DNA of 64,000 nt from Camelus dromedarius (taxonomy: Eukaryota). Shown here in pieces: positions 12,935 through 26,196 of this stretch. Numbering within the stretch: the first letter of the stretch is position 1; each line of letters opens with the position of its first letter. The translations under genes were made by a program, and so were the position numbers. The notes under the pieces were generated by a model. The model searched no databases. It was given only the letters and a program-made list of their open reading frames with translations, and had not been told where the DNA came from. Location: NCBI RefSeq assembly GCF_036321535.1, contig NC_087437.1, positions 35,280,001-35,344,000 on the forward strand. The letters are read 5' to 3'.

Positions 12935-13135
12935 GAGGTGAAGAGACTGAGCTCTAGAATCCAACTTAGGGTGTAAAAATCCTGCCTCCTTCACTGACTA
13001 GTTGTGTGAATTTGGTTTATCTTTCTCTGTCTTAGTTTCCTTACTCTTAAAGGCAATGATGATAGTACCGATCGTGTGGGCGACTGGAGGTTTAAATGAG
13101 AATAAGGCATTTAGCACAAGGTCTGTTACATTGGA
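12935..13135 (+). mobile_element. MIR SINE
   Basis: cttcactgactagttgtgtga...ctctgtcttagtttcctt...taaggcatttagcaca. Confidence 0.6.
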
Positions 13136-13741
13136 AAGCCAGCTTCTCAGAAGTTGCTGCTGGTTACATGGGTCTCCAGCTTTTCTAGAAGTTTGTTCAT
13201 TTTGAAGAACATTCAGGTGATGTAGAAAAAGGAATTTTATTTTCGCTCATAAGTTGAGGAGACCATTTTTACTAGATACCACCTCTCAGCAATGCTGACC
13301 GGGAACTTTATTCCAGACTTTATTCCTAAGAAGTTAAACACACACATACACACACACACACATAAACACATGCATACACCACAACTGTAAAAGGGATCAA
13401 TTTTGATGCCTTTAGAAACAATTACAGGCTGTCTTAACTACAGCATAGCACCAGCTGGGCAGCATTCATCTTAGATGACATTTTAGCTGAGGTCTCTAGG
13501 CAGATAAAATTGTAATGGCTCTGTTTACAGGTACTGGGTGGCAGAGACTGGAGGGATTGCCACTAATGAGCCAGTTGATTTAAGTTCAATATAAGGAAAC
13601 ACTCTAAAACTTACACCTGCCTTAACTTTTAATCAGATGCTCGTGGTTATAGGGAGTTGTTTTACTGGAGGTTTCCAAGCAGAGGGATCAGAATCATTTA
13701 TCAGAGAGATGATTGAGAGGTTCACACACACACAACGCATG

Positions 13742-13860
13742 GTTGGCCTAGTAACTGCTTTGACGTGAGCTGTTTTGACTATGTCTTAATTCCTAGTCAC
13801 GTCAACATAAATACAACCTTCATCTAGAATCTGATCTATCAATAGGCCGTTGTAAACTCT
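13742..13860 (+). promoter_or_regulatory. Candidate promoter motif cluster (RFX-like, two CRE-like, MYB-like)
   Basis: GTTGGCCTAGTAAC 13742-13755; TGACGTGA 13761-13768; TCACGTCA 13797-13804; CATAAATA 13806; GGCCGTTG 13845-13852. Confidence 0.3.
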
Positions 13861-14404
13861 TCACTTGGTGAGTTGTCAATGCCAGTCAAGAACGTATAAT
13901 TCCTTGGAAAAGCCAGCAGTTAAAACTACTCCGTCAAAGACAAAGCTCCATCACCCTGAAGGTACAGTTACTGAAGTAGTCATTGAAAAAGACCTTAAAA
14001 TGACAGTGAAAAAAACAATAAAAATTGACCAAGTGAAAGGTAAACATAGTCTTTTGGAGAGAATTTTAAAAATCTCATGCATTTACCTTTACTCACTGCA
14101 AAAACAAGGCAATTACAAGACTTTTGACTTTTTAATTATACTGTTGCCACATATCTTAACTTTTAATGTTTTGAAGACTCTTGGATGAAATTGTTTTAAT
14201 TGCGATCAACTTATTTTTTGGTGATTATTTATAATTATTAAAAGAATAACTATTTATAATTAGGTGGAATTTTCCCTTAATGTAATTTTGCTAAAGCCTT
14301 CAAAACAGCTAAAAGAACAGCTAGCACTATATGCAATGAACAGTTATTTATACAACCCTATTTTCTCATCTAATGGACTTAGAAATAAAAATAAAGAAGA
14401 GGAA

Positions 14405-14610
14405 GGAAGCTAATATTCATTGGGGCATCACTCATTGCTCAGTGCCTTCCACTGTACACAGAATCTTATTTAACTTCTAAGAAACTGTGAGATAAACATT
14501 TAATATATTTTATGGACGAGACCTTTCAGAAACATTAAATATCTGACCATGGTCACTAAGCCAATACATCCTGGAGCCAAGATTTTGACTTAGAGTTGCT
14601 TGAATCCACA
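14405..14610 (-). mobile_element. MIR SINE
   Basis: gctaatattcattggg...aactgtgagataaac...atggtcac...ggagccaagatttt. Confidence 0.5.
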
Positions 14611-14644
14611 TAAAATCCATCTCTGTTACTCTAAGGTGGAGACC

Positions 14645-14876
14645 TTCCCACCTCAAACTTAAATGCCTTCACCGACTAGGCAAGCATGTAAAAGAGGACT
14701 CTGAAAGGGTAGATGTTGGCAGTGGGCGGGGGTCGTGTAAGCCATGTAGAGGCTGAACTGGAGGGTGCCTGTTTCACCTAAAGGCATTCACATTAAATTA
14801 AAAATCATTTTGGTAGCTAAACACATTCATTTCCTAGCTTTATCAGGCATGCATGCCAAGAACTTGCAACGTCTGA
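14645..14876. mobile_element. hAT-Tip100 DNA transposon, MER45-like
   Basis: caaacttaaatgccttc...ctaaaggcattcacattaaa...ttgcaacgtctg. Confidence 0.55.
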
Positions 14877-16094
14877 AATGCTGTTAAATTTTCATTCTAT
14901 AGATTGAATGTATAGATTGAACAAATGATGTGATGACACGATCAAAATGCAATTTTGTTTTTGTCTCCCTTGATCTCTGTAAAATTGCATTTAATGGAAG
15001 AGGCTTTTCCACTAAAAATTGTGGGCAGGTTCAGTGGACTGAAATAAAAGATTGGCCCACAATGGATTGAAGTCACAAATATTATCAGTTCAGAGATAAT
15101 AGTCCTCAATTGCCCACCATAATCAAAAGTTCACAATTGATTTGTCATCCATCTTCTCCTTTCCTTTAGCTGGCCCCTTGCTGTGAGTCAGAGCATCACG
15201 GTCCTTCTTTTCTTTCTTCCTCACCTCTTCTCTCAACTCACAGCTTGTTATCTGTGGCAGGGAAAAGGGGAGAGAGGGAGATAGGAGAGGTGGAGGGGTA
15301 AAGGCTATAATAAAGTTCTTACCTGAACTGGTACTGTTGTGAGCTGGCTTAGGCAGGTACTTAAAGTTCACGCTCTTTGGGGTTCTTTTCAAAGCTCTGT
15401 CCATGATTCCCATTGCTAGAGACTTCTCACCTACAGTTGCCTTGGGAGGAGAGAGGGGGATGCAAATTGATGTCAGTGGATGTTCGAGCCTCCACCTGCA
15501 AGCCCTGGGATTTCTGTCTTCCATGCCAGCTTTTTGTTGCTTTTGAGTCTTTTCCCACCCACTGGGCAGGATTGATGCTGACCCCACACGACTCTTAGTT
15601 GTGCATAGCCATTCCTCTCTGAAGTAGTTGGTCACCTCTCTGTCCTTCTGGATCTCCTAAATTAGGTGTCAGCTCCCAGTCCACTCTGCCTCACAATAAA
15701 GGAGACGTAAACCACACATACCAGGCTCTCTGAGTGTCCTGCCAAAGCCCCCGTCCCTGCTTACTAGGTTTTAGGTAAGAGTAAGTTAGAAGAAGTGTAG
15801 TTGGGGCTGAGACTGTGGTTGTGTCCAAAAATCTCTTTCTACAAGAATCCTTTCTTCGACCCCCTTTTAAAAATTCTTAACCTGGCTGACTGGTGTCTAA
15901 GAGTCAGGGAACCAGTTTTCATAATTTTCTCTGTAAATTCTGCATTTTGATCTATTGCATCTAGGTGCCTCCAGTGAAACATCAATTTGGTAACACTCAA
16001 TTGTCACTCTAGGTAAGGCTGATGCAGCACTGAACAGAACAAAAATAGTTCCATAGATTTACTAATCTAGTAGAACCTTCAAAAACAGGATCTA

Positions 16095-16235
16095 GCAGAG
16101 ATTCAATGAGGACTCTTGGGTGGGCCTTGTGGGATCTGTAAACCTCCTGGAACAATGTGCCAAATTTCAATGTGCTGTGTGCAAATGTATGTTTTAAGAG
16201 GGTTTATGATCCCAAACAAGTTAGGAAGCTTTGGG
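16095..16235. mobile_element. hAT-Charlie-type MITE fragment
   Basis: gggatctgtaaacctcctg...gggtttatgatcccaaacaagttaggaagc. Confidence 0.45.
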
Positions 16236-17277
16236 GAAAGTGTTGCAGAGTTAGTCCATGTGAAGCACCCTTTTGTGGGGGTGGGATACATCAATATAGG
16301 TGCACAGAGGTAACGGGGCTGCTTACTCAAGTTTTGCTGTAACCAGGTGAAGTCAAGAAAACTGAACGTCAATAACTTTGGACCCCACTCCATTCTTTTC
16401 CTCCCTGGAGGAAATGTATAACTTTTTATTGTATGACTTTTAATTCCCTGGTTGTCAAAGTTAAACTAGTTTTTACATCATATCAGTTTCTTTCTGCATG
16501 CTTTAAAAAAAAGCAATATGGCAGCAGTGGAGGAAGGGAAATTAAATCATGTTTTTCACTGAAACACCCTTATCTCTTACATGTATTTTTTGCGTAGATT
16601 CGTTTTTTGTTTGTTGTATTGCCAACATGCTACTAAAAATTTACAACCACAGAATCTTTTAATGCAGTTTAGGGCAGAAACTATTAAGGTAGCAAAAACA
16701 GAATTAGGAAAAAAAAACACATCAAGTAATGGAGCAGTTAAGATGTTCTAATAAAAGTTATAATTGTAAGTGGAGTACATGAAGATAACTTACAATTTTT
16801 TCTCTGGGCATTTTTGGTGTATATTTTAATTCTTTATACCTCATACTTAAATTTTTGTATCTTACTGAATCTGTTGATCCTTAAGTAAATTAACAAGGAG
16901 TCTTAAAAGTGAAACTTTTCAGAATACCAATAATCAAGGTAATAATGAAGGCATTATTTTTATAAAAGTTTTTCTCTGTCATTTCAAAGTACTTTTCAAA
17001 ATTCTCCTCAAACTTAACTTCTTCTTGGAGATAGATAATAATAAGTTGCAACACAAAAATTCAGGAATCATTTGGGTTACCCACACTTAGCCTCCTTTCA
17101 CAGACCTTTACTATTTCTTTCAAACCCTTTTTGCCCCCCTCCCCCCACCTCACTTTCTTCCTTCTTAGTAGATAATTTTGCTGTGTTGAGGCTTAAGAAA
17201 GTAGAGTCTTTGAGGTAGTGGCTTTATCACCTTTCTGCCCTTCTACAGTTCAGAACACATAAAACTGTTCCATCCTT

Positions 17278-17985
17278 TTGGATAAAAGGGAACCCTCCTA
17301 CACTGTTGGTGGGGATGTAATCTGGTGTAGCCAGTATGGAGGTTCCTTAAAAACTAGAAATAGACTTACCCTATGATCCAGCAATCCCTCTCCTAGGCAT
17401 GTATCTGGAGAAAGGTCTAATTCAGAAAGATACATGCACCCCAGTGTTTATAACAGCACTATTTACAATACCCAAGACATTGAAGCAACCTAAATGTCCA
17501 TCGACAGATGACTGGATAAAGTAGATGTGGTATATTTATACAATGAAATACTATTCAGCCAAAGAAAATAATGAAATAATGCCATTTGCAGCAACATGGA
17601 TGGACCTGGAGATTATCATACTAATTGAAGTAAGTCAGGGAAAGACAAATATCATATATATCCCTTATATGTAAAATCTAAAAAAAATACAAATGAATCT
17701 ATATACAAAACAGAAGCAGACTCACAGAAAATGAATTTATGGTTACCAAAGGGGAAAGGGGTGGGGAAGGATAAATTGAGAGTTTGGGATTAGCAGATAC
17801 AAACTACTATGTACAGAAGAGATAAACAACAAGGCCCTACTGTATAGCACAGGGAACTATATTCAATATCTTATAGTATCCTATAATGGAAAAGAATATG
17901 AAAAAGAATCACAATGCTGTAAATCAGAAACTAACACAACATTCTAAATGAACTATACTTTAGTAAACAAACAAGGAAACAAAAC
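17278..17985 (+). mobile_element. LINE-1 3' end (ORF2 C-terminus plus 3'UTR)
   Basis: gggaaccctcctacactgttggtggg...gatacatgcacccc...gcacagggaactatattcaatatc; A-rich tail; CCATCCTTTT present on both flanks. Confidence 0.95.
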
Positions 17986-17994
17986 AGAATTGCC

Positions 17995-18545
17995 CCATCC
18001 TTTTCTGCTGTTTCATAGAGAGAGGCAGCCTCTTTTCCTTCCAGCTCTGCCACCCTCACTTGTGCTGGGTATCCTGTGTCCTCCTGCCTCTCCTCATTGA
18101 CTTCACCCATCAGCTTTCCTGTCTCTTGTATCTCCAAATGCTCCGTCTTTCCCAGGGCTTTCACTTGAGCCTACAAACATGTTTTTGTATTCTTCATCCC
18201 ACAAAGGACTGATTAGTCATCCCAATGTCTCCTTACCCACATCTGCACTATTTTGTTGTTCATTCTCCTCACTCTTTTAATTCACATTACTCCTCCGTTC
18301 TTTGTAACCCACCAACCTACCCGTGGCATGTGAAAGGCCATTTTAAAGGAAAGCCAAAACAACTGAACAAAAGAAAGACAATGTATGGCATTGCCATCAT
18401 TCCTTGCCTTTCCAATATATGCCAGATTGTTTACAACTTTGTCCTTACCAAGTAATACAATTCTGCATCCAGCCTCTTTTTGATGAACATAATGCCTGGT
18501 ATATTGTAGATGAGCATGGAGTATTAGATGGATGAATAAATACAT
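17995..18545 (+). mobile_element. LINE-2 fragments
   Basis: ctcacttgtgctggg...ttgagcctacaaacatg; terminal aatgcctggtatattgtagatgagca...gatgaataaa. Confidence 0.5.
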
Positions 18546-18564
18546 AATAAAATTTGTTTTTTGC

Positions 18565-19122
18565 ATTATATCAGTTAGTTACCTATTGCCACACAGTACT
18601 GAGTAACAACCACAAAACCTCTTGTGACACACAGCAGTAAATGTTTTATGAGTCTGTAGAATTCAGCTGACCTGGGGTGGGCTCAGTTGCTCTCATCTGG
18701 ACTTCTGCATGTGACAGTCGTGGACCATCTAGGGCAGCTCTGCTGATCTTGGCAGGGCTCCCTCATGTGTCTGACAGTTGCCTGGCTGTCAATGGCTTAG
18801 AATGGCCTCAGACAGCTGGGGAGACTTGGCACCACTCACATATCTCGGTCTCCAGCAGGCTTGACTGGAACTATTTTCATGGAGATGACAGTGGTGATAG
18901 TGTGAAGTCAAGCACAATACAGAAGTACTTTTCAAAATGACTTGTGTCATGGTTGCTAACATCTCATTGTTCAGGACAAGTCCTGAGGCTGAGCTTAGTA
19001 TCAAGGGCTGAAAAATCATCTTGCCTCTTTGTTGAGGGTAATTGCAAGGCCTCATGGCAAAAGATGTGACTCTAGGAAAGGGTTAAAAAATTGGAGTCAT
19101 TAATACAGTCAGCCCACCACAG
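18565..19122. mobile_element. MaLR solo LTR (MLT1 family)
   Basis: tcagttagttacctattgcc...aacaaccacaaaacctc...ttgctaacatctcattgttcaggacaagtc...accaca. Confidence 0.65.
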
Positions 19123-19284
19123 CACATGATCTTCAGATTGATCATTTGAATCTGATTTTTTGACATCACTATTCCTAAACGTCTCCCAATTATTAGGCAA
19201 CTGGTCATCTCCCTTTCTTCAGTCTTACAGAAAAGTCTTGAAAGGAATAGTCACAATTCTTTGATTGAATTTATCCTTTGTGTA

Positions 19285-19618
19285 TTATTAAGTGGCTCAA
19301 GCAAACCAGGGTTTGTTTCTCCTACATAACCAGTTTGGAGGTTATATGGTGGTTGTTGGCATTGATTTGGTGGTTCACTGATTTCAAGGTCAGTGTCTCT
19401 ACAATGTTTTTGATCTTTTTTTATGTCTAGAAGATGGCTGCCACAGCTTCAGCTACCACTTTCCCATTTAAAGCAGGAAGAAAGAAGAATGAAAGGTGCA
19501 CCCAGCAGCCTTACTCTTACTTTCCTGAACTAGAACTGTGATATGAGGCCACTCTTGGCCAGAAGATGGCACAGAGGAAAGGGTTAGGGATGAGTTGGTG
19601 GTCCTAGAATCTGCCACA
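19285..19618. mobile_element. MaLR LTR fragment (MLT1 family)
   Basis: aagatggctgccacagcttcag...ttaaagcaggaagaaag...tctgccaca. Confidence 0.5.
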
Positions 19619-20659
19619 TCTAGGATACAGTTCTGGGAGTGAGATGATCATGTCAAGGTGCCATGACTTTTTTTAGTGTTCCATACTACATATTTTTATA
19701 TCCCTTTTCAGAAGCGCTTTTCCAGTTCATAATGCCATTAGCAGCACCTTTATCATACTTTAATCATAGCCTTGCCAACATTCTTTGAACACTAAGGAAT
19801 TTGAATATTTTCAGTGTGCTATTTAGTATTTTTTTCTAAAATTTTCCCATTTATATTCTTTTTCTTTTAGAAATTATTTTCTTCTACCTTTAAATGTGCT
19901 CTCCCGAAATTAAAGGTGTTAACTCTTTGTCACCTGTTTCCTTCTTCCCTTTTAGTTTAGAAAGTTCCTATTTTGGAGACATTTAAAGATTTTTATGTAG
20001 TTGCCTTGTATGGCTAATATTCCATAGATACTTGATTTCTGCAGGACCACTGCTAGCCCATAAGACACCTTTCTGTGAATTGAGAAAGTCATTCTTCTGC
20101 AAGATATTTTATCTCCATCTGCTAGAAAATGATCAAGTCACAATGATTTTGTTACAGCACGCCACTGGTGTGCCGTTTTTTTAGTAACATTTTCTAATAA
20201 ATATACAACTCTACCATTTCTGTACATGAATGGTGCTTCCATAGAAACAGTGTTCTCTGCTGCTATGTGTTTAAACTCCCTCCAACTGAGCATACATGCT
20301 TAGTTTCTAAAAAGTCAGGGAAGATTCATGCAAATGGTTAAGTTGCAACAAAAGGAAGATTATTAAGAATTGGGCTCTGCGGGAGACTAAAAATAAGGCA
20401 TAATTGGCTTTGGAATCAATTAAAGTCATTAAAAAGGTGTCTGTTTAAAAATTTCCTACTTTGAATTAATTAAAGATAAAATTAAGATTATATTGCAGTT
20501 ACTGACAGGTAATAACAGCATATGGGGTTATCTAACTGAAATTTAAAAGGGAAGTAAATGATGTATGCTATGAATTTCTAGGTTTTAATTCAAAAACATT
20601 TTTTTTAAATTAAAGTTATTAAAAAATGTTTTTGTAAACTGCCTATTTCTGGGTAAGCA

Positions 20660-20830
20660 CAGTGAAGGTGAAAGAGAATTGTATACTAAGTTTTTATTTC
20701 TAATTCTTTTGTTAATTAGTTGTGTAATTTTGGAAAATCATTTAACTTCTATAAGCCTCAGTTTCTTCATCTATAAAATGGAGACAATGATATTGGTCCT
20801 GTGTAGCTGATGAGAGTGTTACAGTAATTA
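20660..20830 (+). mobile_element. MIR SINE
   Basis: tcatttaacttctataagcctcagtttcttcatctataaaatggaga. Confidence 0.65.
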
Positions 20831-22894
20831 TTTTTTAAAAACTTGATGAAGTCAAAAGGACCCGACCTGTTTAAATAGAATTTAAATGGGAACTGCTATT
20901 CTTACAATGCATTTAACTTTATAAGGTGTTAAATTTTCTTACTTGATTTAAAGTGATGGAAGGAGAAAGAAGAAAAAGTAAATAAATTTATTAAATTAAA
21001 AGGCATGTATCAGCAAGAAAGTAGAATTTATTAAGAATCTTTTGTGGCCAATCTGTTGTAAGGCTATTTTGGCATGATTACATGGTTTGGTGAAGAATGC
21101 TTGATACAGAGAAGAAAAAGCTTCCACTCTCATATTAACTCTAAACTGAGTCTTCTCAAAAATTATTTAATTTAATTAAAGTAAAGGATACAAAATCTAG
21201 GCCTATTTTCCTTCTAGTTTGGTTTAGATCCACATGTTTTCCCCTCTAAGCTATCCTAAACACCATCCATTGGCTGGTAGATATGAATAGGTAGAAAAGA
21301 TACTGACTGAGGCATTTGGGGTTTTAAGTATAAACAGTTTTGGCTGGATATATGAAGAGAAGCCTTTTGCAAAAAAATTTTGTAACTTAGTTAAAAAAAA
21401 CTTATCCATGTAAACTTGATGTTGAGTCAGAGAGTTTAATTCTACTATGATTTCCTCAGGGGCTTCTCTGAGTTACTTAAAATTATAACAAATACTTTTA
21501 AAGAAACATTTCTCCTTTGATTTTTGCAGAAATCATTTTAATAATCGCTATGCTGTGATGGGCTGGGATATGTAGTACAGTTTGGGATACTTATCTCTTC
21601 CATCCTTTCTTGGCCAGACATGAAAATGGGTCCAGGTTATCCTGGTGTTCCTTGCTCTACAGAGGGAGGAGATGGCAGACTCAGGAGTGGGGGAAGTTTG
21701 GTACTTGTAGCTGGGAGAAGGGCCAGGCTATAACTGGAGCTTGACAAGTAGCTTCCAAAATCGTCTTTCAAAGGCTATTATCATTATAAACTTATCACTT
21801 GCTTTTAGTTGTTATAATACATAAAAGCTTAAATACAATTCTGATTTGAGCAGTAGCAGTCATCACTCTGGAGATAAACTCTAAGCAGATAAATGCTCTG
21901 CTTAAAACAAGAGGATATGATTCATTGTCTAGTTCCAAACCACAATGTGATAGCATAATATTTTACCTTTAGGGGTAGAGTTGTTGCAGTTTTATTGGTA
22001 TGGTGCATCTTAGCTACCATACCACTTTTATCATCTTAGCTACCATACCACTTTTCTCTAACTATCCATCAACTTTTATATGTACAGCTAAGGAGAGTAG
22101 AAGTCAACTTGCATGAAATTAAACCTTCATCCCTTAAATGTATTGCATCTTCTCTAGCCCATGGCAGGACTTCAATATGGTCAACTACAGAACACTACAT
22201 AAGAAAACTGGATTTTGTTATGAGTTAGACAGGGCTAATTAAAAAAAACCCTACTGGTTTCTATTTTACATAGTTGAGATTTAAATGAGAATTACTAAAT
22301 TTTATTGTGTCTTTGGAGTACTATTCTGACATTTCTAGTGATCTCCATAAACTTTCATTGCCCTATAACAGTTTATTAAACTATCGGGTCTTCATAAATA
22401 TGCAAACCAGCTTAGTAAGATTGTTTGCCATGATTGCTCATCAGTTTGGTATTGAAAGGACACTAACCTAGCCAATAAAGATATCTGGTAGTGGAATGGT
22501 CTGTGATATTCCTAATCTTGAAGCTTATTTCTCTTAAAGGGGGCCATAAGCTGTTAAAATAATAGAATCACATTATTTGTATGAGTGGAATGATCATTTT
22601 GTTCATTAGGATTGATATCTTTTGTGTAGTTACATTTCACGAACCTGTACACAGTCTTAATAGATGTAAGTTTGCCTCCTGGTAATTTTATTTTGTTACA
22701 CAGGCAGTTATTGTTGGGGAAATAAATTGTTGGCAAATTAAATGGACAAAAACAATTGGTTTTAGAGTGGATCAGGAAAAATGCACGTTTATTAAAGAAA
22801 CTCTAGAATGAAGAATTTGTTTAGAATAAGGTCTAATTTCCTATATATAGAGAGGTTATATAAATATTAAAAAATGATGTTCCACTGGTTTATT

Positions 22895-23820
22895 TAACTT
22901 TTAATTTGAAGTAATTGTAAGTTTCCAGAAATTTACAAAAATATACAAGAATGTCCCATACAACCCTTCCTAAGCCTCCAATGCCAGTATACCACACAAC
23001 CACAGGACAATGTCACAACCAAGAATATGACATTGGCACAATCCATAAAGATCATTCAGATTTCATCAGTTACACATGCACCATTTGTGTGTGTGTGTGT
23101 GTATGTAGCTCTATGCAACTTTATCACATGTGTAACCTGTGTAACCACTACCACATCAAGATACTCAAATGCACAATCACCACATTACTTCTGTGTTCCC
23201 TTTTATAGTATCTCCATTTCTTCCCCCTTTCCTCCTCCGAGGCAACCACTAATCTGTTCTCTTTTTCTATAATTATGTCATTTCATGATTGTTATAGAGA
23301 TGGAATCTTGCAAAACGAAACCTTTTGAGATTTATTTTGTTCCCTCAGCATCATTTTTGGAGGTTCATTCGGATTGCTGTGTTCATTGGTTTATTGTTTT
23401 TTGTTGCTGAGTAGTATGCCATGGCATGCGTGCACAACAGTTTGTTGAACCATTCATCCTTTGAAAAGCATCTAGGTTGTTTCCAGTTTTTGGCAAATAT
23501 GAATGAATCTGCTATAAATATTTGTGTATCAGTTCTTCTGTGAAAAATAAATGTTTATTTCTCTGTATAATCAAAGTATCAATTTCTAGATCAAAGTACA
23601 AATTGCTAGACCATATAATAAGTCCATTTTGAGTTTTGAAAGGGACTGCCAAATTATTTCTTAGAGTGGTTGTGCCATTTTATATTCTCACCAGCAATGT
23701 ATGAGTGATCCAGTTTCTCTGTATACGTGCCAGCATTTGGTGTTATCACTATTTTTCATTTTGGCTACTCTGATACATCTGTAATGATATCTCATTGTAA
23801 TTTTGATTTGCATTTCTGCT
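22895..23820 (-). mobile_element. Old L1M 3' region
   Basis: ggcaaccactaatctgttctc...ttgtttccagtttttggc...ttctcaccagcaatgtatgagtgatccagtttctc...gttatcactattttt. Confidence 0.8.
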
Positions 23821-23884
23821 GAATACTAATATTAAACACATTGGGTTTTATTTAAGACTCTGCTTTTCTTTAAGATTTTTAGAT

Positions 23885-24325
23885 ATTATATTAATCAAGG
23901 ATTTGCAGAGAAACAGAACCAGTAGGATATGAGAGAGAGAGAGACAGAGAATGGTATTTAGTTTATTTTAAGAAATTGTCTACACAAGTGTGGGGGTTGG
24001 CAAGTGTGAAATCCTTAGGACAACCTGCAGGTTGGAGATGCAGGTAAGAGTTGAGGTTGTAGTCTTGAGTCTGAAGGCTGGAACTTAGGCAGAATTTCTG
24101 TGTTGCTGTATGGAGGCAGATTTTTTTTCTTCCAGAAACCAGTTTTTGCTCTTAAGGCCCACTCACAATACAGAGGGTAATAAACTTTCATAAACTTACT
24201 GAAAGTCAAGTGATTTGAAATGTTAATCACATCTAAAAAATGCCTTTCCAGTAATACCTAGACTAGTATTTGACCAAATGGCCACTATATTCTAGCCAAG
24301 TTGATGGATGAACTTAACCGTCATA
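23885..24325 (-). mobile_element. ERVL LTR, MLT2 family
   Basis: cagagaaacagaaccagtaggata(ga)n...tagactagtatttgaccaaa...tagccaagttga. Confidence 0.75.
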
Positions 24326-24369
24326 GATACTTTCCATATAATGGATGTTACTTAAATGTTTATTTGTTT

Positions 24370-25020
24370 ATAAGTTATGGAAAATATGTGTTACACAACA
24401 AAAGTTTACCATTTTAACCATTTTAAAGTGTACGGTTCAGTGACATTATGTATGTTCACGTTGTGCAACTATCACCATAACCTATGTCCAGGTCTCTCTT
24501 CATCTTGCCAAACTGAAACTGTCTTTATTAAACAAGAACTTCCTATTTCTCCTCCTCCCAGTCTCTAGTGACCACTATTCTGTTTTCTGTCTATGAGTTT
24601 GACTATACTAGGCAGCTCATATAAGTTGAATCATACAGCATTTGGTCTTTTGTGCCGGTTTATTTCACCTAGTGAAATATCTTCAGGGTTCATCTGTGTT
24701 GTAGCGTGTGTTAGAATTGCCTTCTTTTAAGGGTGTATAATAGTCTATTGTATGCATATGCCATATTTTGTTTATCCATTCATCTGTCAATGAATTGGGT
24801 TGGACACTTGGGTTGCTTCCACCTTTTGGCAGCCCTGGGTTCAATTTAGAAGTGAACTTTTCAACCCAGAAGTGGAATTGTTGGATCCTATGGTAATTCT
24901 ATGTTTAATTTTTAGTAAACACCATACTGTTTTCCATGGTGGCTGTACCATATTACATCTCCACCAGCAGTATACAAGTGTTCTAATTTCTATATCCTCA
25001 CCAACACGTTATTTTATCCT
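24370..25020 (-). mobile_element. Old L1M (L1MB-like) 3' end
   Basis: tttaccattttaaccattttaaagtgtac...tgagtttgactatactaggcagctcatataag...ccaccagcagtatacaagtgttc. Confidence 0.8.
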
Positions 25021-26154
25021 TAACAATTTTTAACTTGAATTTGGTCATTTAATAGCAGCATTTAGCTTCATTAGCAGATTTGCTTGTTAAATAGCACTTT
25101 TTAAAAAGAGCAGATGAGCAGATGTCAGGAGATTGGATTTCAGCCTTGGCTCTGCAGTTTAGAGCTGAGATACCTTGGGCAGGTCATTTAATATTTCTCC
25201 CAATTATAAAACAGGAATAATAATAGCCACATTGGAAAGGTGACATGAGGTTTCAGTTGTAAGTTAGTGTACAGATGCAAAGCTTATTCTTTTGTTGTTG
25301 TTGGTGGTATTCCTGTGCTTCCTGAAACTGCTAAACAGAGTACTTTGTCTTAGTTTTTAAATAAGTGATAGTATGACAAAAACATAGCCCTTAATAACAA
25401 TCTTTGCTCCTTTGTTTCATTTTCCACCCGGTATTTAATAACCTGCATATCTTAAGATGGTTTTTATCTTTGATAATTGTATTAATAAGTGATAAAGTGA
25501 CATATAAATTTCTAAATTCTTTCTTACCAAACTAATTTATTTTAAACCTCATGACTGTCCCAAGAGTTATACTGGGTTACCCTGTCATTGTACAAGTGAA
25601 GACACTAGCCTTCAGCCAGGACAGTATGAAGCCTGTGGGAGCAGAGCCAGGCAGGAGTGTCCTCTCTCTCACAAGAGGATCCTCTCTCTCCCAAGTCTCA
25701 GCACACGCAGTTTCATGTGTGCCATTTTCTAGCACTGTAATTTTATCTTCTTGATCTTATTAAGTTTTTATTTTGGTTTTATTCATCCTGATTATCAGAA
25801 CAATTTCTAATAGGGGCTACCTTTGCGTGGTGTCCCATTTTATTTAGCTCATTCCTTTTTGGAGAATTTCAGATCATACCATAAAATCATACAATGTGAA
25901 AACATTTACCACTGTCAGAATATATTCCAAAAATCCATAAATTTTATTTTTCATGGCCACTCAATATACTTGTTTTACATTTATAATATATCCACCTAAA
26001 TATCTTGTTCATAAAAATGTAAGGGGCAACCTAAAGGTGTTTTAAATTTCAAACTCAATATAAAATGAAAGCAAAACCAGAATAAACCAAGCCCACTAAA
26101 ACAATCACCATTACCACCAGTACCACATCATGGACAGCTCCCAGCACTTCAGAA

Positions 26155-26165
26155 TGTGTGTGTGT

Positions 26166-26196
<31 letters not shown>
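26155..26196. repeat. (TG)n microsatellite
   Basis: Visible directly in the sequence. Confidence 0.95.
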
